A stretch of DNA of 64,000 nt from Gammaproteobacteria bacterium (GCA_026706935.1 JAPOXV010000026.1:27721-91720), one strand, 5' to 3'; numbered from the stretch's first letter, positions 48,720 through 59,689 are shown. Program-made: numbers and translations. The notes: generated from the letters alone by a model not told the origin.

Positions 48720-51200
48720 ATGGCAATTAAGAAATCTGAACTATATGCATCACTTTGGCAATCTTGTGATGAATTAAGAGGTGGCATGGACGCTAGTCAA
48801 TACAAAGACTATGTGTTGTTTATGTTGTTCGTAAAGTACGTTTCAGACAAGTACGCTGACAGTGACGACTACGCGCCGCCAGTGGTGATTCCGGATGGTG
48901 CTAGTTTTGGAGAAATGCTCAATCTTCGTGGTACTTCCGACATTGGAGACCGAATCAATAAACAGGTTATCGCACCGTTAACACATGCGAATCCCCGATT
49001 GGCGTCGAGTGAATTCCCCGACTTTAATGACGCCAATAAGCTCGGTGAAGGAAAAGAAATGGTGGACAGACTCACCAACCTAATTAACATCTTTGCAAGT
49101 CCTCACCTGAATTTCTCACGAAACCGAGCGGAACATGACGACATATTAGGCGACGCTTACGAGTACCTAATGCAACACTTTGCATCCGAGAGTGGTAAGA
49201 GCAAAGGACAGTTCTACACACCAGCCGAAGTAAGTAGAGTAATTGCTCAAACGATCGGGATATCGTCTAAGAACACGAAAGCGGCGACAACTGTCTACGA
49301 TCCGACGTGCGGGTCAGGCTCGCTGTTACTCAAGGTCGCCGCAGCGGTGGGCAAGCAGATCACCCTCGAGGGTCAGGAAAAAGACGGGCCCACTGCTGGG
49401 ATGGCTCGAATGAACATGATCCTCCACGACTTCCCGACCGCAGTAATCCTTCAAGGCAACACGCTCACGGCACCGAAATTTAAGAATGGCGAACGGCTTC
49501 GAACGTACGACTATGTAGTAGCGAATCCGCCATTCTCCGACAAGTCCTGGTTAACCGGTCTTACGCCGGCGACGGATTCTTACGAGCGCTTTTCGTGGGG
49601 AATACCTCCCGATAGACAAGGGGATTATGCGTACCTCTTGCACATCATTCGATCCATGAAACCAACAGGAAAGGCGGGGTGCGTTTTACCGCACGGAGTT
49701 CTCTTTCGAGGAAAATCCGAAGCAACGATTCGGAAGAACCTCGTACTCTCGGGATTCCTTAAGGGCGTCATAGGCTTACCGCCTAATTTGTTCTATGGTA
49801 CAGGGATACCTGCTTGTATAGTGGTCCTTGATAAGGAGAACGCTGTCGCTCGAAAAGGGGTTTTTATGATCGATGCTTCGAAAGGTTTTTCCAAACAAGG
49901 CTCGAAGAATCGTCTGCGAGAACGGGACATCCACAGAATCGTCGATACGTTTGAGCGGCAAGTTCACATTGACGGATTCGCTCGCATGGTACCAATAGAA
50001 GAGATTGCTGATAAAAAGAACGACTTCAATCTCAATTTGCCTCGCTACATTGACGGTACCGCTGCTGAGGACTTTCACGATATTGAAGGACATATACGAG
50101 GCGGAATTCCTGTTCGAGACGTGGAAGACCTAGAAAACTACTGGCATGTCTTCCCCAATATTCGGAAAGCGATGTTTAAGTCTTCCCGTCGAGTCGGTTA
50201 CTTACAGCTGAGACTAGCGCTTACCGAAGTAAAGCAAACGATTCAGGAGCATGACGAGTTTCGGGAGTTTCAAGCACGGATCGAAACGGTTTTTTCGGAT
50301 TGGTATGGCGAAATTTCGCCTTTCCTCAAGAGTTTCGAGAAAGGTGATCAACCGAAACTGCTTCTAGCTCACATATCTGAAGCACTATTAGCTAATTTTC
50401 ATGAATCACCACTTCTTGATGCATATGAAATTTACCAGTACCTCATGGACTACTGGGAAGAGACTATGCAGGACGATACCTATCTGATTGCGTCTGAAGG
50501 CTGGCTAGAAGGAGTTAAACCACATGAAATACTACCGTTAATTGGGAAAAACAACAGAAAAGTATGGCCTGAACCTCACGACTATAAGATAGGCAAACGG
50601 CGATTCAAGTCTGATCTCGTACCCGCAACTATCCTTACTGCGCGCTACTTCAATACGGAAATTAACGCGATTAGAGATTTAGATGATCAAATCAACGAAC
50701 TAGTACACTTTCAGGATGAAATGATCTTTGAACATGGTGATGAGGACGGATTACTCGCCCACGTTATCGACTGGCGGGGGGATATACCGAAAATTACCCA
50801 AAAGAGGATTGGAGAGCGACTATCAGAACTCGGTGAAAATCCGTTGTTCGCAGAAGAACGTGCTGCACTAGAAGAGTTTTTAAGAAACTTGAAGGAATTC
50901 GCGTCGATTAAGAAGGTTCGCAATCGTGAACAAAAGGAGCTAGATATAAAGATCGATCAAAAATACGCCGAGCTTTCCGATGACGAAGTCAAATCGATCG
51001 TCGTGGACAGTAAGTGGTTCTCTTACTTGACAAATTCGGTAGAGAGTGAGGTTAGTCGGGTCATGCGAAAACTCAGTGTTCGTATCACTCAACTTGCTGA
51101 AAGGTATGCAACGCCGCTTCCGAGATTGTCACACGATGTGAATGAATTGAGCGAGAGAGTGGACGGACATCTGAGAACTATGGGCTTTGTGTGGGATTGA
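48720..51200 (+). CDS. hsdM: Type I restriction-modification system methyltransferase subunit HsdM (long form)
   Basis: It has an HsdM N-domain (KSELYASLWQSCDELRG), SAM motif DPTCGSGS and catalytic NPPF (VVANPPFSD). About 350 aa of extra helical C-terminal sequence follow the usual end. Confidence 0.92.
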   Translation: MAIKKSELYASLWQSCDELRGGMDASQYKDYVLFMLFVKYVSDKYADSDDYAPPVVIPDGASFGEMLNLRGTSDIGDRINKQVIAPLTHANPRLASSEFPDFNDANKLGEGKEMVDRLTNLINIFASPHLNFSRNRAEHDDILGDAYEYLMQHFASESGKSKGQFYTPAEVSRVIAQTIGISSKNTKAATTVYDPTCGSGSLLLKVAAAVGKQITLEGQEKDGPTAGMARMNMILHDFPTAVILQGNTLTAPKFKNGERLRTYDYVVANPPFSDKSWLTGLTPATDSYERFSWGIPPDRQGDYAYLLHIIRSMKPTGKAGCVLPHGVLFRGKSEATIRKNLVLSGFLKGVIGLPPNLFYGTGIPACIVVLDKENAVARKGVFMIDASKGFSKQGSKNRLRERDIHRIVDTFERQVHIDGFARMVPIEEIADKKNDFNLNLPRYIDGTAAEDFHDIEGHIRGGIPVRDVEDLENYWHVFPNIRKAMFKSSRRVGYLQLRLALTEVKQTIQEHDEFREFQARIETVFSDWYGEISPFLKSFEKGDQPKLLLAHISEALLANFHESPLLDAYEIYQYLMDYWEETMQDDTYLIASEGWLEGVKPHEILPLIGKNNRKVWPEPHDYKIGKRRFKSDLVPATILTARYFNTEINAIRDLDDQINELVHFQDEMIFEHGDEDGLLAHVIDWRGDIPKITQKRIGERLSELGENPLFAEERAALEEFLRNLKEFASIKKVRNREQKELDIKIDQKYAELSDDEVKSIVVDSKWFSYLTNSVESEVSRVMRKLSVRITQLAERYATPLPRLSHDVNELSERVDGHLRTMGFVWD

Positions 51201-52378
51201 AACCTAGTTCCCAAGACACGCTTATCTGCTCAGTACCGAAAGACTGGGATATCGCTTCCTTCGACGAGCTATTTAATATCTCTGCTGGAGGAGACGTAGA
51301 CCCGAATTCCTCATCGAAGGAACAAGACGAGTCTCATCCATACCCTATTTACTCTAACTCCACAAAAAACCGTGGTTTGTATGGATACTGCTCATACGCA
51401 GATAACCCAGCTCATTCGATAACGATCACAGCGCGTGGTACTCTTGGAGTCGCTACATACCGAGATTCCGACTATACCGCAGTTGGGAGAGTACTCGTTT
51501 TAGATCCTAAAAAATCAATCGCCGGTCCGTTTATCACGGAGTACATTAATAACCGCGTGAGTTTTGCTGTTGAGAGTACGGGCGTACCACAGTTAACTGC
51601 GCCGCAAATTGGTAGCTACTTTTTAGCGCTACCGCCGTATTTCGAACAACGTGAGATTGCGACTGTCCTCGAAGATCTGAATCGTCTAATCCACAAACTC
51701 GACCAGCTGATAGCCAAGAAGCAGGACCTAAAACAAGCTGTCGCGCAACAACTGCTTGCTGGCAGAATACGCCTTCCGGGGTTCGAAAATGAATGGCGAA
51801 CGAAACCATTAGCGACATTAGTCACGATTCGTAACGAGAAAACACTACCTGCGAGCGTCGACGTTTCGACACTATGCGTAGAACTAGATCACCTAGGGCA
51901 AAATAATGGACGATTGCTCAAAGATTCAACCGCAGCTTACTCAAAGTCCACGAAATATCGTTTCCGTGCAGGAGATGTGCTCTTCGGTCGTCTTCGTTCG
52001 TATTTACGTAAGTACTGGCACGCTGACAGAGATGGAATCTGCTCTACAGAGATATGGCCTATGGTCGTCGATTCCAAACAAATCGATAGCAGATTCTTGT
52101 TCGCAGTTGTTCAAAGTGACCAATTCATTAACGCGGCAAGCAAATCTTATGGCACGCACATGCCCCGTGCAGACTGGGGCATATTGAAGAATCTGGACAT
52201 CCGCCTGCCACCTATACATGAGCAACGCGCCATCACCACGGTTCTATCCGAAATGGACTCTGAGATCGTTGCGTTCGAAAGCCAATGCAACAAAACAAGC
52301 TACCTAAAGCAAGCCATGTTGCAGGAATTACTCACCGGTAGTACGCGATTAGTCGAACCAGAAACCTCTCATGCCTGA
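51191..52378 (+). CDS. hsdS: Type I restriction-modification specificity subunit HsdS
   Basis: 395-aa ORF with two target-recognition halves separated by the conserved helical spacers ([16 protein letters not shown] and [16 protein letters not shown]). It overlaps hsdM by 10 nt and hsdR by 8 nt. Confidence 0.9.
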   Translation: MGLKPSSQDTLICSVPKDWDIASFDELFNISAGGDVDPNSSSKEQDESHPYPIYSNSTKNRGLYGYCSYADNPAHSITITARGTLGVATYRDSDYTAVGRVLVLDPKKSIAGPFITEYINNRVSFAVESTGVPQLTAPQIGSYFLALPPYFEQREIATVLEDLNRLIHKLDQLIAKKQDLKQAVAQQLLAGRIRLPGFENEWRTKPLATLVTIRNEKTLPASVDVSTLCVELDHLGQNNGRLLKDSTAAYSKSTKYRFRAGDVLFGRLRSYLRKYWHADRDGICSTEIWPMVVDSKQIDSRFLFAVVQSDQFINAASKSYGTHMPRADWGILKNLDIRLPPIHEQRAITTVLSEMDSEIVAFESQCNKTSYLKQAMLQELLTGSTRLVEPETSHA

Positions 52379-55300
52379 CCAACCTAGACCCGAGAGAGTA
52401 ACGCAGGATCGAGTAATAGCGCTGTTCACGGATTCAAACCATCAATATTGTCTCGGTTATCGCTACCTCGGAAACTGGCATAGCCGAACGCACAACCGCC
52501 CAATTGAAACGAGTTTATTACGCACTAACCTTGAATCTCGAGGATATTCCGATAAACTCATTGCAGCCGCGGTACAGAAGTTAGAAAGCGTCGTAGATGT
52601 GACCGGGGTAACGCTCTATCAAGCCAACGTGCGCACATATCAACTATTACGTTACGGTGTACCAGTCCAGACTAATTTAGGCAAACCTTTCGAAACGGTA
52701 TCGCTTATCGATTGGGAGCAACCGGAAGAGAACGATTTCGCAGTCGCTGAAGAGGTAACGCTTAGAGGAGGATACGCGCGACGTCCGGACCTGGTGATCT
52801 ATGTAAATGGTATTGCGGTCGGCGTGATCGAATTGAAACGAAGTTCTGTTGAGATCGGTGACGGTATTCGACAACTGGTCACGAACCAGGAAGAAATATT
52901 CAATAAGCCGTTCTTTAGCACAGCGCAATTGCTCTTTGCAGGAAGCGACTCACAAGGTTTGCGTTACGGTACCGTCGGAACTCCGGAACAGTTCTACGTT
53001 GAATGGAAAGACGAAGCACTATACAGAGACGCTAGCCAACAAATCACAACGGGTGAACGACTGGACCAGCCGCTCGCACAGATGTGTGGTAAAGCGACAT
53101 TACTCGAATGGATTCGAGATTTCATGGTTTTCGAATCCGGACAAAAAAAGGTACCTAGACCTCATCAATTTATCGCGGTGAAGAAGGCACAGGAACGTGT
53201 AATGAAGCGAGACGGGGGTGTAATCTGGCATACCCAAGGTAGTGGTAAAAGCATCGTGATGGTTCTTCTAGCTAAGTGGATACTCGAACAGGATCCAGAA
53301 GGGCGCGTTCTCGTCGTCACTGACCGCGACGAATTGGATAAGCAAATCGAAGGTGTCATGAAGAATTCCGGTGTCGTCACGCAGGATATGGCATCGCCAC
53401 GCGTCGTGACACGCGCGCAATTCGTAGAAAAACTCACGAATTCCACACCCCGTCTAATTTGCGCACTCATCCATAAGTTCGATCCTGAGGATCTAAGAGG
53501 CGAACCGCCACCCGTCTATGGACGCTTCTACGTATTTGTTGACGAATGCCACCGCACTCAAGGCGGTGAAATGAACACTCAGATGAAACGCTGGTTAGAA
53601 GGCGCCGTGTTTATCGGTTTCACCGGTACACCGCTCCTGCGCAAGGATAGACTGATGACCCGGGACGTGTTCGGTACTTACATCCATACTTACAAATTTC
53701 ACGAAGGTGTGGCCGATGGCGTCGTTCTAGACCTTAAATACGAAGCGCGCGATGTTCCACAACGTCTTACTTCACCGGATGCTGTCGACCGCTGGTTCGA
53801 GAACAAAACTGAAGGATTGAATAACTTTCAGAAGGCGAGGTTGCGTGAGCGGTGGGCGACAATGCAGGAATTGACTAGCGCAGAAGAGCGCAAACAGCGA
53901 ATTATCTTCAGCATTATCGAAGATTTCAGTCTCAAACCACGCCTCAATAACGATCGAGGCACTGCAATCCTTGTGACAGGCACCATATACGATGCCTGCC
54001 ACTACTACCGTTTGTTTATCAACACTCCTTTCGGTAGGCATTGTGAAATCGTTACGTCGTACGTACCAAACCATAACGCGATATCACGTGAACCCACTCA
54101 AGGTGACGAGAGGTACAAGTTCGATACTTACACAGAATATGTTCTTAAGGACGGTAGAACCACTCAACAGTATGAGGACGAAGCCAAACGCAGGTTCATT
54201 GAAGAGCCCGTTCAAACGAAACTTTTAATCGTTGTCAGCAAGCTCCTTACCGGATTCGATGCACCGAGTTGTACCTATATCTATCTCGACAACGAATTAC
54301 GCGACCACAGCTTGTTCCAAGCTATCTGCCGTACAAATCGCCTTGACGGTAATGACAAAGAGTATGGACATATCGTTGACTTTAAAGAGCTACTCAAGGA
54401 GGTGGAAGAAGCAGTTGCTGTATATAGCTCGGACGAATTAGACAGTGATCAGGGCAACGGTGGTGACAACAACATACATCTCAAGGATTTGCTGAGCGAA
54501 GGTAGGAGAAGACTAGAAGCCGTTCGTGAGGAGTTGCACTACCTATGCGAACCAGTTCCACGACCTCGCGACGTTGAACAATACATCCATTACTTCTGTG
54601 GCGACGCTTCCAGGCCGAATGCGTTAAATGCGACTGAGTGCCTACGGATTTCGTTTTACAGAACCGTAGCGTCTTACGTACGCGCCTTCGCAGAGCTTGC
54701 ACAAGACCTGACGAATGCCGGCTACTCCGAAACCGAGGCAACGCTAATTCGCGATGAAGTCAGGTTTTACGAGGAAATCCGCTACGGGATAAAGAACGCA
54801 GCTGGCGAAGAACTGGACATCAAACCATACGAAGCAGATATGCGTAATTTGCTAAATATGTACGTTCGTGCCGACCCCCCGAACGACCTCGGTGAGCTTG
54901 ACGGATTGTCACTAACAGAGGCAATCATCAAAACAGGAATTCACGACGCTATTGCGCGGAAATTGAACCGAAGAGGCATCCTTTCTAAGAACTCAATTGC
55001 TGAAGCTGTCATCAACAATATTAGGAAGACGATCGTAAAGGTCCAGCTCACAGACCCTCGTTTTTACCAGGAAATGTCGACTTTACTAGGAGACTTGATT
55101 GCTCAGACTCGCAAAGAAGCCGCTGAATACGAGGATTTTCTTCGAAAAGTCGCTGCGCTCGTTGACCGGTTATCTGGTAAAGACCCCGAAGATCAAATAC
55201 CAGTTCAATTACATGGAAGACCTGAGGTCACTGCGATTTACAGCAATCTGCCTTCCATCCTCTTGACCAGCCGTTCTCTTCACGAAAATCCCGATGCATC

Positions 55301-55499
55301 CGCAAAAATGGATAACGTCGAACGACTCCGTCTTGCGTTTGAGATTGATCGGGTGATGCGAGAGAAAGCACCAGCGGATTGGCGTGGAGATCAAGCGCGT
55401 GAAGCTCAAGTACAAAACGCCTTGTTCTTGTTATTGAAGAAGAACCATGCAGCCACCGATGCACTCTATGAGCTTGTCAGGAATCAGCCTGGATATTAG
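52371..55499 (+). CDS. hsdR: Type I restriction endonuclease subunit HsdR
   Basis: It has a PD-(D/E)xK nuclease segment ([18 protein letters not shown]) and SF2 helicase motifs ([24 protein letters not shown]). Confidence 0.93.
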   Translation: MPDQPRPERVTQDRVIALFTDSNHQYCLGYRYLGNWHSRTHNRPIETSLLRTNLESRGYSDKLIAAAVQKLESVVDVTGVTLYQANVRTYQLLRYGVPVQTNLGKPFETVSLIDWEQPEENDFAVAEEVTLRGGYARRPDLVIYVNGIAVGVIELKRSSVEIGDGIRQLVTNQEEIFNKPFFSTAQLLFAGSDSQGLRYGTVGTPEQFYVEWKDEALYRDASQQITTGERLDQPLAQMCGKATLLEWIRDFMVFESGQKKVPRPHQFIAVKKAQERVMKRDGGVIWHTQGSGKSIVMVLLAKWILEQDPEGRVLVVTDRDELDKQIEGVMKNSGVVTQDMASPRVVTRAQFVEKLTNSTPRLICALIHKFDPEDLRGEPPPVYGRFYVFVDECHRTQGGEMNTQMKRWLEGAVFIGFTGTPLLRKDRLMTRDVFGTYIHTYKFHEGVADGVVLDLKYEARDVPQRLTSPDAVDRWFENKTEGLNNFQKARLRERWATMQELTSAEERKQRIIFSIIEDFSLKPRLNNDRGTAILVTGTIYDACHYYRLFINTPFGRHCEIVTSYVPNHNAISREPTQGDERYKFDTYTEYVLKDGRTTQQYEDEAKRRFIEEPVQTKLLIVVSKLLTGFDAPSCTYIYLDNELRDHSLFQAICRTNRLDGNDKEYGHIVDFKELLKEVEEAVAVYSSDELDSDQGNGGDNNIHLKDLLSEGRRRLEAVREELHYLCEPVPRPRDVEQYIHYFCGDASRPNALNATECLRISFYRTVASYVRAFAELAQDLTNAGYSETEATLIRDEVRFYEEIRYGIKNAAGEELDIKPYEADMRNLLNMYVRADPPNDLGELDGLSLTEAIIKTGIHDAIARKLNRRGILSKNSIAEAVINNIRKTIVKVQLTDPRFYQEMSTLLGDLIAQTRKEAAEYEDFLRKVAALVDRLSGKDPEDQIPVQLHGRPEVTAIYSNLPSILLTSRSLHENPDASAKMDNVERLRLAFEIDRVMREKAPADWRGDQAREAQVQNALFLLLKKNHAATDALYELVRNQPGY

Positions 55500-56212
55500 T
55501 GATGGAGACGATTCAGCTTGGGGAGATTAGCGTTTCCCATACGCGAAAGAGCGTGAAGCATGTTTACTTGTCTGTGCACCCACCAAACGGACGCGTGACG
55601 CTTGTTACTCCGTATAAAACACGAAGTGAGGTCGCCCGCGCATATGTGATATCCAAATTGGATTGGATTCGTGATCAACAGGAAAAGATGCGAGCCCAGG
55701 CACGCGAAACACCTCGACAATTCATTGAACGTGAGAGTCACTATCTCTGGGGAAATCGTTATCTATTAACAATACATGAGGAGAATATAAAACCGTCGAT
55801 CCGTCTCGGACATAGCACGATCGAACTTACGGTCCGCCCAGATTGCACCCAGGACAAACGTAGAGATTTGATATACGAATGGCAAAAAAGCCTCATAAAG
55901 GATGCAGCCAGAGAACTAATCACACTTTGGGAACCTAGACTAGGAGTCGAAGTGACGAATTTCTATCTACAACGAATGAAGACCAAATGGGGAAGCTGCA
56001 ATCACTCGTGTGGCACGATTCGACTAAACACGGAGCTCGTAAAAAAACCAAAAAATCTGCTTGAGTATGTCGTAGTTCATGAGATGTTGCACTTGCTGGA
56101 ACCCGTACATAACCAGAGTTTCATCGAGCTGATGGATACACACTACCCTTCATGGTCAAATGCACGAAGCGAACTTAACGAATTGCCGCTTGCTAGCGCG
56201 TCCTGGACTTAG
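55499..56212 (+). CDS. DUF45/YgjP-like (COG1451) zinc metallohydrolase coupled to hsdR
   Basis: MKTKWGSCN and the HExxH motif in YVVVHEMLHLLEPVH are family hallmarks. Its start codon overlaps the hsdR stop (GTG at 55499, ATG at 55502). Confidence 0.85.
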   Translation: MMETIQLGEISVSHTRKSVKHVYLSVHPPNGRVTLVTPYKTRSEVARAYVISKLDWIRDQQEKMRAQARETPRQFIERESHYLWGNRYLLTIHEENIKPSIRLGHSTIELTVRPDCTQDKRRDLIYEWQKSLIKDAARELITLWEPRLGVEVTNFYLQRMKTKWGSCNHSCGTIRLNTELVKKPKNLLEYVVVHEMLHLLEPVHNQSFIELMDTHYPSWSNARSELNELPLASASWT

Positions 56213-56440
56213 TCACATTTCAAGTTTCGCGCCACTGAAGAGTTTTATTCACGATAGCGCGTACTCAAACTAATATGTGCATTCTCCGACCTGCCATATA
56301 ACGACGAGTTTCGTTCTATGGACGACTCAAAACGCTTCACTCTCACATGATCATTAGATTTCTTTCTCTCCGCTAGGTAATCTAACAACCGACCGATCGT
56401 TAAGCTTCTACATCGTCATCTGTATTACTCTTTCATGCCT

Positions 56441-57169
56441 TTAAACAGGTCGAAGTAAACCGATTCTGTGATCTTCTGTTCCAAGCTCCTGCCACTCGAA
56501 ATACCACTTCCGTAGTCCCTGCCTCTCAAACAAGAAGACTACATCGTTCCCACTCTCGTCACGAACTTCGTTTAATGCTCGCTGCACTTGACCTAAGACG
56601 TTTACACCCAATCTCTTGCGCCATACGACTTCATCATCCAACACCTCAAGTGCGCGATACTGATAAATGTCAGACACTCGACCCAGCGTCGCTTGCAGTC
56701 CTGTATCAAACATGGAACAGAGCTCATGAATTCGCTCGATACCTGGTTTCGACCCTGCTTGAGAGATAAACTGACGACGAGGCATCAAAAACTCAGCGGC
56801 GAACTTATCACAAATTAGTTCAAGCTCTCGACTGGGATTCGGTCGTCTACCTGTATTCTCAAAAAAAGCGTGTCCAAGTTCATGTGCAAGTGTGAAACGT
56901 CGTCGAGTTTTGCTTATTCCAGGTAACAGGAAAACGATCAGCTCGTTTCTGAGTTTTCGTAATTCTCCTGCTACCAGCATCTCGTCGTCCTCGCGGATGT
57001 CGCTTACTTCAAGTCTAGTTGCGAGAGCCTTTAGATCAGTCGGGGGTCCATTCAGACCAGCCATCAGATCTTCTGCGATCTTCGCAATACCGAGATCGAT
57101 ATCCTGTATTTCGGCAAGCTGCCTCACGCGTCGTGCCGCAGCAGACCTCCAAAAGCCGTTACTCCGCAT
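56441..57169 (-). CDS. ImmA/IrrE-family (COG2856, M78) metallopeptidase
   Basis: It has HExxH in FTLAHELGHAFFEN and the downstream family motif ELICDKFAAEFLMP. A ~100-aa C-terminal domain is unassigned. Its ATG directly follows the TAG stop of the upstream gene. Confidence 0.8.
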   Translation of the reverse strand: MRSNGFWRSAAARRVRQLAEIQDIDLGIAKIAEDLMAGLNGPPTDLKALATRLEVSDIREDDEMLVAGELRKLRNELIVFLLPGISKTRRRFTLAHELGHAFFENTGRRPNPSRELELICDKFAAEFLMPRRQFISQAGSKPGIERIHELCSMFDTGLQATLGRVSDIYQYRALEVLDDEVVWRKRLGVNVLGQVQRALNEVRDESGNDVVFLFERQGLRKWYFEWQELGTEDHRIGLLRPV

Positions 57170-59203
57170 CTAACTCGACGCCGTGCGCAACGATATCTCG
57201 TGTTTTGCATCTTTAATCAGACGTTTCCATGCAGCATCGTCGGTACCGCCCCTCTGCGCTACAACTCTCTGACCTCGTCTTTCAGATCTCTTTTTGTATA
57301 AATCAACTGCGAGACAACGTACTACTGCAGGCTGTGCCCCAAGTTGCCTAATAGCCCTGCGTTTTAACATCCCCGACGCCAAAATGCGACCCCACTCAGC
57401 TTCTGCCGCAAAGTGATCCTCACCGTAATGCTCCCAGATCGCTTGTGCATTCGCATATGAGGCATCTGCTTCGTCTATTTGATCCAATTGCATTAGAGTG
57501 TGTGCTTTTTGTAAATGTGCCCTCGCCACTATCTCCGAAATCTGGTAACCGTCATCTATAACCGATTCGATAGCTTCGTCGAATAATGCCAGAGCCGATG
57601 AGTATTCCCCGGTCGCCACGCGAATTTCTCCTTCTAGAATCAAGAGATCTAATCTGTCTTTTGAGTCGGCCTGGATACGAACTCTTGCCTCACTCGCACA
57701 GTACTGAGCCTCGTCGAAATCTCTTGTTACGAGATACGTTCTCCCTAATAAGCTGTAACAATCACCCACTTCAGCCTCGTCAGGCTCATCAAGCTCACCA
57801 AATGAATTAATTGCCTCGCGTAGATGTCGCACACTTTCATTCAAAAACTCGACTTTTAAAATCGCGTTCGTTTCCACCTCAGCGCGCATTCGTAGAAGCC
57901 GTCCAAGGCATTTTTTACAGAACGCAAGATTTCTATGAGCGCCAATTCCTTCACTGATTTGCATGCTTGCTCTAGCTTCATCTTCTGCCTTACCCAATTG
58001 ACCTGTCCTTTGAAGTGCCCATGACGTTCCACAGATCATTGCTCGTGCTTGGCACTCTAAGGCGGCATCATCTAATTCGGTTCCACTACAACATTCGATG
58101 CACTCTTTCGCAACCTCAATGACGAACTTCTTATCACCAAGGTACTTCATCGGTTTGTCTAGCGTTTCAAATAGCCCCGGAGCACACTTTCGTTTCAACC
58201 GAGAAGGGAGCAATCTAAAAAGATCAAACGCCTCCCGACAATCAACAACGTGCTCGTGTGTTACACCTTGGCTAAGTCGAAAAAGCACCGCGTCTAAACT
58301 GTGAACTACTTCGTTCACACTAACTGCGATATCCTGGTCTCCGCTCTGCAGTTTAGCTGTGATCCTTTCGACAGCCCCGAGCTGGACCACATCCCAGGCA
58401 CAGATTGCTAAGACGTCACACGCATACCATTTCCAGTCGTCGGATCTAACATGACCAATGATGTCGCTTACAGAACGCAAGATGAGTAGTGGAACATCTC
58501 GGTTTTCACAAGCAATTGCAGCCCCTGCCGATTCCATTTCGTTAATTAGAATGCGACGATCGACATGTAGCCGATTTTTCATGAACTCGTTGGATTTCAC
58601 GAGACTATCGGAACTAGCAATCACCCCGTCAACAACCTTAGGGACGGTGCGATTTTTAGTTGCCTTCAGAGACATTTCGATTTTTTCGTTCCATGAATCA
58701 CCGTCGGTCGAGGACTTGCCGAGTTCCCCAACCGCGGGTCGAGTCAATTTCGCCGCCCGATCATGCAATGCCTCGAAATCGTCATTTGTTACGTTTGCAA
58801 CGAAATGCCGCACCGCCTTCGATTGATAAGAACCCCTTACTGCTTCCTCTCGACCAGAAGCTGTCTCAGCACTAAGCGTCAGATTGTGGACTTCGTTACC
58901 GAGAACCACATCGCCTAGGCAGACGTCGCTTGTTGGTACAGCACCCGCGATGCCTGCGGTGAGTACTAATCTCGGTTGCTGCTCGTCAATGAACCGAATT
59001 ACCTCTTCCAGTGCTGATAGGTTTCCTATGTTTGAAGTCCTCCCTATTGCGACCTTAACGCTATCACCAACTTTAGTTCTCACTGATACTACCCGGGTAG
59101 TGCCGGGTACGTCAGATTCAATCTTCTCAGCGGAATCTCGGAAAAGCTGCCAAACAGCTTCATATTCCTCGCGAATAAACGTCACGATTAGATAATCAAC
59201 CAT
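57170..59203 (-). CDS. Nucleoside-phosphorylase-family (PNP_UDP/MTAN-like) domain fused to TPR-like helical repeats
   Basis: The N-terminal ~280 aa carry LVLTAGIAGAVPTSDVCLGDVVLGNEV, NEMESAGAA and LILRSVSDI, which are phosphorylase-family catalytic motifs resembling the NLR-effector type. The C-terminal ~400 aa are helical repeats. I see no Walker A motif. Confidence 0.7.
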   Translation of the reverse strand: MVDYLIVTFIREEYEAVWQLFRDSAEKIESDVPGTTRVVSVRTKVGDSVKVAIGRTSNIGNLSALEEVIRFIDEQQPRLVLTAGIAGAVPTSDVCLGDVVLGNEVHNLTLSAETASGREEAVRGSYQSKAVRHFVANVTNDDFEALHDRAAKLTRPAVGELGKSSTDGDSWNEKIEMSLKATKNRTVPKVVDGVIASSDSLVKSNEFMKNRLHVDRRILINEMESAGAAIACENRDVPLLILRSVSDIIGHVRSDDWKWYACDVLAICAWDVVQLGAVERITAKLQSGDQDIAVSVNEVVHSLDAVLFRLSQGVTHEHVVDCREAFDLFRLLPSRLKRKCAPGLFETLDKPMKYLGDKKFVIEVAKECIECCSGTELDDAALECQARAMICGTSWALQRTGQLGKAEDEARASMQISEGIGAHRNLAFCKKCLGRLLRMRAEVETNAILKVEFLNESVRHLREAINSFGELDEPDEAEVGDCYSLLGRTYLVTRDFDEAQYCASEARVRIQADSKDRLDLLILEGEIRVATGEYSSALALFDEAIESVIDDGYQISEIVARAHLQKAHTLMQLDQIDEADASYANAQAIWEHYGEDHFAAEAEWGRILASGMLKRRAIRQLGAQPAVVRCLAVDLYKKRSERRGQRVVAQRGGTDDAAWKRLIKDAKHEISLRTASS

Positions 59204-59334
59204 AGTACGTATGCTCGGTTTTCAACGTTTCACAAGCGATTGACGACGGAACAACTGGGGCGCGCACTGTTCGACTCTCGTACTGAAAATCTCGAATACA
59301 ACCGTATAAACCTTGGACATCTCATTTAGACAAT

Positions 59335-59689
59335 TGGTGGAGGTGGCGGGATTCGAACCCGCGTCCGTCGACTCGCCAACTCTGGTTCTACATGTTTAGC
59401 TGCGCCTATTAATTTAGCTTATTCGCGACCCGACGCGCAGGGTGCTAACAAGCGAGTTCCTAGAGTTTTAACGATCGATTTAGGAGCACTCCTCGATCGC
59501 GATCCCTTAAAACGATTCCGGCCAATCTACAAGGGCACTCAACTGACCGAAACTAGCGGTCTTAAGCCGCTAGAGCGTAGTTGTCGTCGTTGGCAACTAT
59601 AAAAACTGCAGCGTTTGATTTACGAGAGTCACTACCCTCTCGACATGCACCTCGGCCTTTGAAATCTCCGTCAAAGCCAAGTCACCCCC
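59335..59689 (-). ncRNA. ssrA: tmRNA (SsrA)
   Basis: The 5' end is GGGGGUGACUUGGCUUUGACGG and the 3' end is GGACGCGGGUUCGAAUCCCGCCACCUCCACCA. The tag reading frame GCC AAC GAC GAC AAC UAC GCU CUA GCG GCU UAA encodes ANDDNYALAA. Confidence 0.95.

Larger units (their letters stand above)
46116..59334. mobile_element. Putative ssrA-associated genomic (defence) island, integrase not detected
   Basis: It starts at the 3' end of the tmRNA gene, a classic integration hotspot. It contains a type I R-M system plus three further conflict-type genes, and much of it (for example the start of hsdM) is visibly more AT-rich than the core genes. The distal 1.3 kb is essentially free of ORFs. The left boundary is not defined by a repeat that I could see. 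Confidence 0.5.

Noticed and set aside
32236-59689. smpB and ssrA are about 27 kb apart and on opposite strands
   Set aside because: The two genes are adjacent in E. coli but not universally (for example, not in Pseudomonas), so the separation alone is not informative.
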